Shown: one piece after another, positions 11,197 through 19,571 of the stretch
Layout: the number at the start of each line of letters is the position of its first letter
How positions within the stretch are numbered: the stretch's first letter is position 1
NCBI GenBank assembly: GCA_963713615.1
Contig: CAVQMM010000001.1
Span: forward strand, 3,200,001-3,264,000
Reading direction: 5' to 3'
From: an uncultured Chlamydiae bacterium
Lineage (GTDB): Bacteria; Chlamydiota; Chlamydiia; Chlamydiales; JAJFMA01
DNA: 64,000 nucleotides
Notes under the pieces: generated by a model
What the model was told of the DNA's origin: nothing
What the model saw: the letters and a program-made list of their open reading frames with translations, nothing else
Databases searched by the model: none
Made by a program: the position numbers and the translations under genes

Positions 11197-11665
11197 TTAA
11201 CACGGATGCACACGGATCTAGGAGGAATTAGGATTAACACGGATGCACACGGATCTAGGAGGAATTAGGATTAACACGGATGCACACGGATCTAGGAGGA
11301 TTTAGGAGGATCGGATGGTAGATATGGTTTGCGTAGTTTTTAGGATCAACATGGATGGGCCTTGTTCGGCTTTCCGGGCAGAATTTCGGTCAGGCGAGAG
11401 GTCCCAGATGCAGCAGTCGACGACGAGGGAATAGCGCTAGCTATTGCCGAGGAGGCGAATGCTGCAGATGGGCGCCTCGCAGCCGACCGAAAACTGCGCG
11501 AAAAGTCGAACAAGGCCCATGGATGCACACAGATTTAGGAGGATAGGAAAAATGCTTTTTGAATGTAGTTTTAGGATGAATTAAATTGCATTTTCCTAAA
11601 TCTTCGCGCTGGATAAGCCACACCCAACCATCCGATCCTCCTAGATCCGTGTGCATCCGTGTTAC
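11197..11665. repeat. ACACGGATGCACACGGAT family inverted-repeat cluster, interrupted by a MITE
   Basis: Three tandem taacacggatgcacacggatctaggagga units, a fourth interrupted unit, and an inverted copy at ~11628-11665. Confidence 0.85.
11357..11518. mobile_element. 162-bp hairpin MITE, subfamily A
   Basis: TIR gggccttgttcg...cgaacaaggccc; 6-bp duplication ATGGAT (11351-11356 / 11519-11524); inverted copy at 29907-30068. Confidence 0.85.
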
Positions 11666-11756
11666 TTCTGAAAATCGGACGAACCGTTGTTATACCCTAA
11701 ATATTGTCTTGTCGCTATAATGAATAATCCAAAATTCATCCATTAGTCTGTGGGCG

Positions 11757-14576
11757 GTGCCAATGCGTTATTCTTATCGCTCCTTAATCAGCCTGTTTTC
11801 TGTGCTAACGGGCATCCTGATTCTTTGTATTTCGGCGACACTCCCTCGGCAAGGGACTCCCCCCACCAGTGAGGAAGAAGGCTTATTTGTACGTCGTATC
11901 ATCGAATTATGGCGTGGCGAAGAACACGATCTGGCTAAGCAGCAGATGCGTCAGTTTTTCCAAGAATACCCTCAGAGTCGCTTCAAAGATCGCTTAATGG
12001 CCATCGCGGGCGATAACGAATGGCATCACAAACATTATGTTGAGGCTGGGCGGTATTACGATCAGGTGACGACTCCAGAGTTGCTGAGTGACATTCTCGA
12101 TAGGCGAATAGATACTCTGTATCACACAAATCAATATGAGCGTCTCCTGGCCGTCTTGGCAGGGCATTTACCTCCTAATGGACGTGTTGACCTAAGCGAT
12201 CTCGAGGTTCTCCGCATCTATTACTATGCCGAGGGCCTAGTTCATTCTCCTGAGGTCCCCGATTATGAAGAAAAGGCCCTAAGCAACTATCAAAAGCTAT
12301 TTGATACACGCCTAGCCGTTCAGGCGAAGCATGGCGCCGCCAGTATTTTAGCCAAAACAGGACGGTATAAGGAGAGTGTTTTTCTCCTTCTAGCCCTTGC
12401 TAACGAAGATTCGGTCAATCACGACGCTCTGTTAATGCGAGCCGCACAGCTACAGATCAACTACGATCCCAATGCCGCCGTTCAGACCCTCGCTGGCCTA
12501 AAAGGACACAATACCGAAGGTGGCGCCTTTAGTCAGGTATTTCTGCTTTTTCAGTCTAAGCAGTATGCTGAGCTATTGCAGAAACGCCCACAGTTTTTGG
12601 ATACCGTCGATGTGCAGCAGAAACCCTTATTGGATTATTTTATGGGGCGTGCAGCTTTTGCCCTTGAGAATTACCAAGAAGCCATAGATATCCTCAAACC
12701 TTTGCTAGATGTACAAGGAACTGCCACTACAGCATCCTCCAACGAAAAGCTTGTCTTAGTGACGTTGATCCTCAGTGCCCAAAAACTCAACCAGCCCGAG
12801 GTTGCCCAGGGATGGCTTTCACAGTTAGAAGATAACTTTTCCTCAGATGTGTTACTTCCGCGTTTGATGTTGTCGCAGGCGACTCTCCTTCGCGCTAAGG
12901 GACATTCCTTGGAGGCTTTATCGATCCTAGAACGCGCTCAAGACAAGCTGACATTTCAGGATGACTTAGAAAAAGCCGCTTTTGAGCGTCTTGGGCTTCT
13001 CAATGAGTTGCAGCGTTGGAGAGCCTGCCGTGACGTTGCCTGCAATTTCGTGGTCGACTTTCCGGACAGCGCTATGTTACCTGTAGTGGCGAAGCTGAAG
13101 ATACAGATGACCGCTAGGCAGCTCCAAGATAACTCCTTAACGGTTGAAGAGCGCAATTTAGTTCAGCAGCGTCTTTCGCATGAACTGAAGCAGGCATTGG
13201 AAGAAGGTAAATATTTCACAGAAGAAGAGAGACCCACCTACCTCCTCCACCTGGCTAAATCAGAGTATGCACAGAAAAACTTTCATGCGGCGATGGTCGC
13301 CGCCAAAGAGTTCCTAGAGAACTATCCAAGAGATAAAGAGGCCTATCAGGCGCACCTTATCTTAGCCTATTGTTATTTTGACACCGGCGGGGCCCTACAG
13401 CCATTTATATCGCACGCTGAAAGCGCCCTCGCCCTTCGACCCGAACTTCCCGATCAAGATGTCATTCGTCTCAATCTTTTTGGCGCATATCTGCAGTTAG
13501 CACGTACTGCAGGTGAACCTGTGGATACCCAAGGGGGCAATACATCCCGAGCTGCAGATCATCTGTATGCTGTCGTCAACCGAAAGATGACTGTGGTAAA
13601 GCCAGACAACCTTCGATGGCTTGCACGCTTCTACTATACCCAAGTGCGTCAAAATGGCCATGAAGGTTACATTGAGGCATTGCCGCCTTCACAGCGTCGT
13701 ACCCTCGCCATGCGAGCTGCTGAAGCGCTTGAGGTGATCGCAGACAAGAATAATGTTTTTGATAAGCAAAGCATTTCCGGGCGAGAGGGCAATCTACAGG
13801 ATTTAGTGATGCTGAGCCGTTTGTATGGTTGGCTAGGCAGGAATGATAATCGCCGTAGTCTTCTCGAGCAACTGATCAATAGGCCATGGCCCGAAACACG
13901 GGAAATGCGTGCTCAGCTAGCCCAGTTGCGCTTGGAGCTCGCTCAACGTTATGAAGAAGCTGGCGAGGCTAAAAAGGCCCTCAAAACGTATGAAGAGATT
14001 GTCTCCAGCGCATCGGATAATGATTCTCACATCCGCGACGCCACACAGCTGCAAATGGCACGCCTTCGTTTCTACAGTCTACCTGTGAATAAAAGACGAT
14101 CTGACAATCCTGAAGTTGTCATGGTGTTAAGTACCCTGCAAGGTCTTCAGGCTCGTCGTTCACTCGCTCATGAACCCGTACACCTAGAAGCTGCCTGGGA
14201 ACGTGCCAATATAGCTGCCGCAGTAGCAGCAGGCCCTTCGGAAGATGAAGCTCTACTCACACAGCTTAAGCTGGCCAAACGCCAAATCGTCAGCCAGGAC
14301 GATATTGTCTCACGAGATTATCATGCGGCTCGTCAGACCCGTGTTGATAAGGACCAGATCTATCAGGCTTATCTGATGTTGTTCGATGCGCGCATTGCCG
14401 TACTAGAAGCTAATCAGGCTGCCAGCCGTCACCGTGTTCAGGATCAAAGAAGCAAGCTGCAAGTTGCCGAGGCTTTATATAACACTCTTTTACAGGGCAA
14501 TTTTGCCGTTTCCAATTATCTAGTACATCAAGCACAATTGGGCCTCGAAGAAATTGCTCTCGTCAGAAATCCATGA
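11757..14576 (+). CDS. Large exported tetratricopeptide repeat protein
   Basis: 939 aa, signal/TM segment, all-helical TPR patterns (FFQEYPQSRF, FLENYPRDKEAYQAHLILAYCY). Confidence 0.75.
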   Translation: MPMRYSYRSLISLFSVLTGILILCISATLPRQGTPPTSEEEGLFVRRIIELWRGEEHDLAKQQMRQFFQEYPQSRFKDRLMAIAGDNEWHHKHYVEAGRYYDQVTTPELLSDILDRRIDTLYHTNQYERLLAVLAGHLPPNGRVDLSDLEVLRIYYYAEGLVHSPEVPDYEEKALSNYQKLFDTRLAVQAKHGAASILAKTGRYKESVFLLLALANEDSVNHDALLMRAAQLQINYDPNAAVQTLAGLKGHNTEGGAFSQVFLLFQSKQYAELLQKRPQFLDTVDVQQKPLLDYFMGRAAFALENYQEAIDILKPLLDVQGTATTASSNEKLVLVTLILSAQKLNQPEVAQGWLSQLEDNFSSDVLLPRLMLSQATLLRAKGHSLEALSILERAQDKLTFQDDLEKAAFERLGLLNELQRWRACRDVACNFVVDFPDSAMLPVVAKLKIQMTARQLQDNSLTVEERNLVQQRLSHELKQALEEGKYFTEEERPTYLLHLAKSEYAQKNFHAAMVAAKEFLENYPRDKEAYQAHLILAYCYFDTGGALQPFISHAESALALRPELPDQDVIRLNLFGAYLQLARTAGEPVDTQGGNTSRAADHLYAVVNRKMTVVKPDNLRWLARFYYTQVRQNGHEGYIEALPPSQRRTLAMRAAEALEVIADKNNVFDKQSISGREGNLQDLVMLSRLYGWLGRNDNRRSLLEQLINRPWPETREMRAQLAQLRLELAQRYEEAGEAKKALKTYEEIVSSASDNDSHIRDATQLQMARLRFYSLPVNKRRSDNPEVVMVLSTLQGLQARRSLAHEPVHLEAAWERANIAAAVAAGPSEDEALLTQLKLAKRQIVSQDDIVSRDYHAARQTRVDKDQIYQAYLMLFDARIAVLEANQAASRHRVQDQRSKLQVAEALYNTLLQGNFAVSNYLVHQAQLGLEEIALVRNP

Positions 14577-14582
14577 GGTCAG

Positions 14583-16466
14583 ATGATCCCGAACGAGCCC
14601 TCAAATCATGTACCCTTGCAGCCTCCGGCCAAGAGCTGGTTGCTTCCTGTTGTATTAGTCTCTGCCATTTTGTTACATGTCGCTCTTTTTCTATCATTTC
14701 ATGAGATGTCATTAGCCTTATCGAGCAACAACACCCCGCTCAAGTTTGAAGACAAAAGAATTGCCACAGCGGTGCAGACCGATGATGACATAGCCAAGAA
14801 AAATGCGCAGTTAGCCCATGTATTCAATCGCGTGATTACCGAAGCCTCTGGAGGCGAAGCCGTAGGAACTTCTCTGGCTTTGCAAGGAAGTGAATTCGTG
14901 CTGCCCGATCTGGCAAGCCTGCCAACCGAATGGCAACCCATTTCCATTGACGTTTCGATGCCTAAGCAGTGGGATGTCACCGCTGATCTTAGCAAAACAG
15001 ATCTTTTGGATGTTCCTCCTGCAATCGACATCGTAGTTCCCAGCGATAAGCTATCGACACTTGACCTCTTGCAAGCGACCGAGGCTTTACTCGGTGATGT
15101 TGAAATCCTTGTCAATGGCAGCTTTGATATTCATGCGGCACGCGGAGGGCGCAATGAACAAGCCTCACAGTATGGCAATGCCCTGGAAAATCGTTCTGGT
15201 GTTCGTCAAGACGGGCTGATAGACCCCGACCACGCTGCTTTTGCCAGCTTGGAGGGAACTCACGCTCCGGATTCCTTTGAGCAGGCCCTTAAGGACCGAG
15301 CTGACAAAGAACATCAAGCGTATGAAGGCCAAATCGCAGAGGGCATGTCTCAGGCCAATTTGGGTTCTCAGTCAACACGCGAAGGTGCCGGAAGTCATGC
15401 TTTGAATGGACCTGGTTCTCCCGGTCACATCGCTAGCAGTAGTGACTTTTCTCTAAGCATTGAATATGCCCCGAGAAGTCATGGAGGGGGCTATATCTTT
15501 CGGCTAGCCTTGACCCCGAAATCGAATGTCGTTTTCAAGACCATCAAACATAACATATCCTTTCTGATCGACCGGTCTCACTCTATCGACAAAGAGCGCT
15601 ATGTGGCGACTAAGATGGCCGTCATAGAGGTGCTTGACCTATTGAGAGAGGGCGATACCTTTAACCTATTGGTGTTTGATGACCATGTCGTTTCCTTTGC
15701 ACCTCAAAATGTTCCCGTCAATCAAGCGAATATAGCCGCTGCAAAGGCTTTCCTGGCGAACCAGCCGCATGGAGGTTTTTTTGCCTCAACCGATCTCTAT
15801 GCTTCTTTGGTCAACATCGTTCCCAGCGCTGTGGGCCCGCAGGAACTGAATACCGCTATTCTGTTATCTGATGGTGAAACATACCTAAGCAAAGATAGGC
15901 AGCGACACAATATTTCCCTTTGGACCCAAAAAAACCAGGGTAAAGTCGCTCTATTTAGTTTAGCAGTCGGCAAAGGCAACAACCTGGCTCTATTGGATCT
16001 GCTCTCTTCCCTGAATCGTGGAAGGTTAGCATACAGCCCATCACATCATCAGGTAGGCCATGCCTTGAGGGAGTTAATGAGTTCGGTGGAGCACCCTATT
16101 GGTAAAGATATTGTCACCAATATCGTTACCCTTCATGACAACGGTGTGGTTTCATTGTATCCTCCACAGCAGCGGTTGCCTAACCTTTATCGCGATACAG
16201 GATATGTTCTATATGGCTACTGCAGTCGCCTAGAGGACTTTTACCTATTTCTGCAAGGACGCTACTACGATCGCTTTTTAGACATCAAGCAACGTGTCGT
16301 GTTTCGCGAAGGTCAGCAGGTGGCCACAGCAGATCTGGAGCGGCAATGGGCCATTCAGCAAGCCTACGATCTATATGAAAACTATCTAGGAGAAGGAAAC
16401 CATGCGGCTCTAGCGGCTGCTAGACGCCTTCTCAGTCCTTACGGAATCCCCATCGCGTTTCAATAA
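14583..16466 (+). CDS. Membrane-anchored von Willebrand factor A (VWA) domain protein
   Basis: N-terminal TM; MIDAS motif FLIDRSHS...STDLY...ILLSDG. Confidence 0.8.
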   Translation: MIPNEPSNHVPLQPPAKSWLLPVVLVSAILLHVALFLSFHEMSLALSSNNTPLKFEDKRIATAVQTDDDIAKKNAQLAHVFNRVITEASGGEAVGTSLALQGSEFVLPDLASLPTEWQPISIDVSMPKQWDVTADLSKTDLLDVPPAIDIVVPSDKLSTLDLLQATEALLGDVEILVNGSFDIHAARGGRNEQASQYGNALENRSGVRQDGLIDPDHAAFASLEGTHAPDSFEQALKDRADKEHQAYEGQIAEGMSQANLGSQSTREGAGSHALNGPGSPGHIASSSDFSLSIEYAPRSHGGGYIFRLALTPKSNVVFKTIKHNISFLIDRSHSIDKERYVATKMAVIEVLDLLREGDTFNLLVFDDHVVSFAPQNVPVNQANIAAAKAFLANQPHGGFFASTDLYASLVNIVPSAVGPQELNTAILLSDGETYLSKDRQRHNISLWTQKNQGKVALFSLAVGKGNNLALLDLLSSLNRGRLAYSPSHHQVGHALRELMSSVEHPIGKDIVTNIVTLHDNGVVSLYPPQQRLPNLYRDTGYVLYGYCSRLEDFYLFLQGRYYDRFLDIKQRVVFREGQQVATADLERQWAIQQAYDLYENYLGEGNHAALAAARRLLSPYGIPIAFQ

Positions 16467-16468
16467 TT

Positions 16469-17026
16469 ATGCGTATTATCGCCGGACAATTTCGCCATCG
16501 TGCTCTTGAGGCTCCCAAAGGGCCAGCTACACGCCCGACATCAGGGATCGTACGAGAGGCCGTTTTTAACATTTGTCAAGGTTCTGTCGAAGGTGTCGAT
16601 GTCTTGGATCTCTATGCAGGCAGTGGAGCCATGGGTCTGGAGGCTCTGAGCCGAGGCGCCCGTTCTGTCACTATGGTAGAGAATGATGCGCATGCTTTAA
16701 GGGCCATCAAAAAGAATATCGAGGCCCTGGGAGTCCAGCAACAGGCTATGGTGCTATCCGGGGATGTCTTTAAAAGCCTTTCCCGCATTGGCAAGCGCTT
16801 TGGCATGATCTATGCTGATGCCCCCTACGATGCAATTCAAGGACGGGATAAACTGATTCTGGAGATCGACAAAGGCCTGCTATTATTACCGGGTGGAGAC
16901 TTTTTTTTGGAGGAGGCGACCAAGGCCAAGGAGCCGGAGGTTGTCTTAGAAAGGCTACAATTAAAAAGCTGTCGAAATTATGGGCGGAGTCAACTTCGGC
17001 ATTACGTATATGAGGTTTCTTCATGA
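16469..17026 (+). CDS. rsmD: 16S rRNA m2G966 methyltransferase
   Basis: MRIIAGQFRHR..TRPT..VREAVFN, LDLYAGSGAMGLEALSRGA; adjacent to coaD. Confidence 0.95.
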   Translation: MRIIAGQFRHRALEAPKGPATRPTSGIVREAVFNICQGSVEGVDVLDLYAGSGAMGLEALSRGARSVTMVENDAHALRAIKKNIEALGVQQQAMVLSGDVFKSLSRIGKRFGMIYADAPYDAIQGRDKLILEIDKGLLLLPGGDFFLEEATKAKEPEVVLERLQLKSCRNYGRSQLRHYVYEVSS

Positions 17027-17514
17027 AGACCGCACTCTATCCTGGAACGTTTGATCCACCGACGTTGGGACATCTGGACATTATTGAACGTGCTGCCAAG
17101 ATGGTAGGGACGCTCTATGTCGGTGTGGCGACCAATACAGGCAAGGGACCAGCCTTGTTTACTGTGGAGGAGCGTATAGAATTGCTTCGCGAAGTCACTA
17201 AACAGCTTTCTAACGTAGAAATTGTTGTTGTGGATGGCCTAGTGGCCGATTTCGTAAAAGACCATAGCATATGCTGTATTGTCAGGGGACTTCGCGCGGC
17301 ATCTGATTGCGATAACGAATTTCGCATGGCCATAGCAAACCGGCAGATGGGTGGTGCTGAGACTTTGTTTTTGGTAGCTAGCGATCACTTGGCGCATCTT
17401 AGTGCGACGCTCATCCGCGAAATAGCCGCTTCAGGCAAACACCTCGAGAACTTTGTCCCTGCAGGTATTGTAGAGCGTGTCTATCAGCAAAAAAATGGAC
17501 CTCATGGACAATAA
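17023..17514 (+). CDS. coaD: Phosphopantetheine adenylyltransferase
   Basis: ALYPGTFDPPTLGHLDIIERA, IVRGLRAASD. Confidence 0.95.
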   Translation: MKTALYPGTFDPPTLGHLDIIERAAKMVGTLYVGVATNTGKGPALFTVEERIELLREVTKQLSNVEIVVVDGLVADFVKDHSICCIVRGLRAASDCDNEFRMAIANRQMGGAETLFLVASDHLAHLSATLIREIAASGKHLENFVPAGIVERVYQQKNGPHGQ

Positions 17515-17603
17515 TGGACACCATGGACGTTAGTGGACTAACTCCGAGTCCAATTTGTCCACTAATGTCCATGGTGTCCATTATTGTCCATGAGGTCCAT
17601 TTT
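17492..17603. repeat. 9-nt periodic (nnnnTGGAC / GTCCAnnnn) long inverted repeat
   Basis: aaaatggacctcatggacaataatggacaccatggacgttagtggac...gtccactaatgtccatggtgtccattattgtccatgaggtccatttt. Confidence 0.9.
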
Positions 17604-17618
17604 GACTAGGAGCAGACA

Positions 17619-18185
17619 ATGGCGTCATTAATCCCTTCACATGGTGGTTACCGTAATTTAAAGAGCTTTCAGCTTGCACGCTTAGTCTTCGATATTACCG
17701 TTCGATTTTGCGATAGGTTTATCGATCGACGAAGCCGCACGCACGATCAGATGGTCCAGGCGGCTCGTTCCGGAGTTCAAAATATTGCTGAAGGCAGCCA
17801 GGCTTCAGGAACTTCCAAAAAGACTGAGTTAAAACTTACCAATGTGGGTCGAGCAAGTCTTGAAGAGCTGCGACTAGACTATGAGGACTTCTTACGGCAA
17901 CGTGAACTGCATTTATGGGACTATGCCGATCCTCGGCGTAAGGAATTGATCAGCCAACGTCTGCAAACTGTAGATCAGTTTGCACTTTGGGTTAAGTTAG
18001 TCAGCCAAAGAGACCATTGTGATGTAGGGGAAGTCGCTGCCAACGGCACATTAGTGCTGATTTCTAGAGCATGTATGCTTTTGAAAAAGCAGCTTGCTGC
18101 TCAGGCAGAGGCTTTTGAAAAGGAAGGTGGTTTCACAGAGCGTCTCTATAGAACCAGATCGACCGTTCGCAAAAATGGACAGTAA
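17619..18185 (+). CDS. Four-helix bundle protein (23S rRNA IVP / Avd-like fold)
   Basis: HGGYRNLKSFQ, RTHDQMVQAARSGVQNIAEGS, RASLEELRLDYEDFLRQR, FEKEGGFTERL. Confidence 0.9.
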   Translation: MASLIPSHGGYRNLKSFQLARLVFDITVRFCDRFIDRRSRTHDQMVQAARSGVQNIAEGSQASGTSKKTELKLTNVGRASLEELRLDYEDFLRQRELHLWDYADPRRKELISQRLQTVDQFALWVKLVSQRDHCDVGEVAANGTLVLISRACMLLKKQLAAQAEAFEKEGGFTERLYRTRSTVRKNGQ

Positions 18186-18375
18186 CGGACAAAATGGACC
18201 TCATGGACAGTAATGGACACCATGGACGTTAGTGGACTAATTCCGAGTCCACTCTGTCCATTAATGTCCATGAGGTCCATAATGTCCACTCTGTCCATTA
18301 ATGTCCATTGCTGTCCATGAGGTCCATTTTGTCCATAATGTCCATTCTGTCCATGGTATCCATCTTGTCCATATC
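18171..18375. repeat. 9-nt periodic TGGAC/GTCCA inverted repeat array, overlapping the start of the hydrolase ORF
   Basis: 18191-18251 directly repeats 17492-17552, followed by a long run of gtccatnnn units. Confidence 0.9.
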
Positions 18376-19216
18376 CCCATGCATTGCGGGCTTTCTAACC
18401 CCACAAGAGGTATCGGCCCTTCCTAGCAAGCCTGCGGACCACCGTCTGTTCTACGGCAATGAGGCTGCGCAGTTTGGCGAGTTACGCTTACCAAGTGGTC
18501 CTGGGCCACACCCGGTGGCTATTGTTATTCATGGAGGGTGTTGGATATCCAAATTTGCTGGTCTTGAAAATACCGCAGCATTGGCGGATGCCCTGCGAGA
18601 TCTTGGTGTTGCCACTTGGAACATTGAATATCGACGCGCCGACGAAAAAGGCGGCGGTTGGCCAGGAACATTTCTCGATGTGGCCCATGCTGCCGATTAT
18701 CTAAAAAAAATCGCGCATAGCCATTGTCTAGACCTTAACCGCGTCATTGCGATGGGGCATTCAGCGGGTGGACACTTGGCTCTGTGGCTTGGGGCTCGTC
18801 ACAGACTTTCGCCCAAGAGTGAGCTATTCCTATCTCATCCCCTACAGTTTCAAGGCATCATTTCGTTAGGTGGTGTGCCCGACCTCAGAGCTTTTCGACA
18901 AAAAACATACGATATTTGTGGTGAAGACATCATTGGACGTTTAACGAACGAACACTTCCAGGACACATCACCGATCGAGTTATTGCCTCTGTGTATTCCG
19001 CAAATCTTGATCTATGGTGCACAGGACCAAGTGGTACCTACCGAACTTGGGCGTGCCTATGTGCGAGCAGCACAACAAGCTGGCGATGATTCCGTAGAAC
19101 TCATTGAAGTCCACAATGCTGCGCACCACGAATACAATGCACCTAGTTCTTCGACTTGGCCAACCATTAGGTCAGCTGTTTTTGCGCTGTTTGAGGGGTG
19201 TTTATCTAGTCCTTAA
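18308..19216 (+). CDS. Alpha/beta hydrolase (lipase/esterase)
   Basis: IHGGCW oxyanion motif, GHSAGG nucleophile elbow, C-terminal D and H candidates. Start uncertain (TTG 18308 or ATG 18317). Confidence 0.85.
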   Translation: MLSMRSILSIMSILSMVSILSISPCIAGFLTPQEVSALPSKPADHRLFYGNEAAQFGELRLPSGPGPHPVAIVIHGGCWISKFAGLENTAALADALRDLGVATWNIEYRRADEKGGGWPGTFLDVAHAADYLKKIAHSHCLDLNRVIAMGHSAGGHLALWLGARHRLSPKSELFLSHPLQFQGIISLGGVPDLRAFRQKTYDICGEDIIGRLTNEHFQDTSPIELLPLCIPQILIYGAQDQVVPTELGRAYVRAAQQAGDDSVELIEVHNAAHHEYNAPSSSTWPTIRSAVFALFEGCLSSP

Positions 19217-19571
19217 AAAGCCCCTCAAAGCCCTTTTCTTTGGGTTTTTCTTCGCTGCCAAAGAGACGTTTTTCGATGTCAGTGGCTTTTGGAGTATCCT
19301 TAGGTCCTGTGCCTAGCACAGAAAACTCCTCACAGAGATTAAACTTTTCACGATCCGCTACGAAGTCGGTGCCAGGAACAGCACAGTCGTTAGGTTTGCC
19401 GGGGCTGTAATGTTTACAGTTTTTGCACACATGCAGCCAGGCGTGACAGCTATCACAAGTTGCTTTGAACGAAATCTTCTTTCCGACATCTGTCAGTTCG
19501 CCCCCACAGCTCCAGCAATTCATGATGTTAGCTCGCAGACTCTTTTTCGGTCTTGGATCCATCCGGCGCAA
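19206..19571 (-). CDS. Cys-rich (zinc ribbon-like) hypothetical protein
   Basis: CWSC, CDSC, CKNC motifs; true start is probably the internal MNCW. Confidence 0.65.
   Translation of the reverse strand: MRRMDPRPKKSLRANIMNCWSCGGELTDVGKKISFKATCDSCHAWLHVCKNCKHYSPGKPNDCAVPGTDFVADREKFNLCEEFSVLGTGPKDTPKATDIEKRLFGSEEKPKEKGFEGLFKD

Noticed and set aside
11197..11320. Mini-CRISPR from the ~35-bp tandem units
   Set aside because: Units are head-to-tail with no unique spacers.
17619..18185. Diversity-generating retroelement (Avd-like gene)
   Set aside because: No reverse transcriptase and no TR/VR pair with adenine-specific differences in the window.
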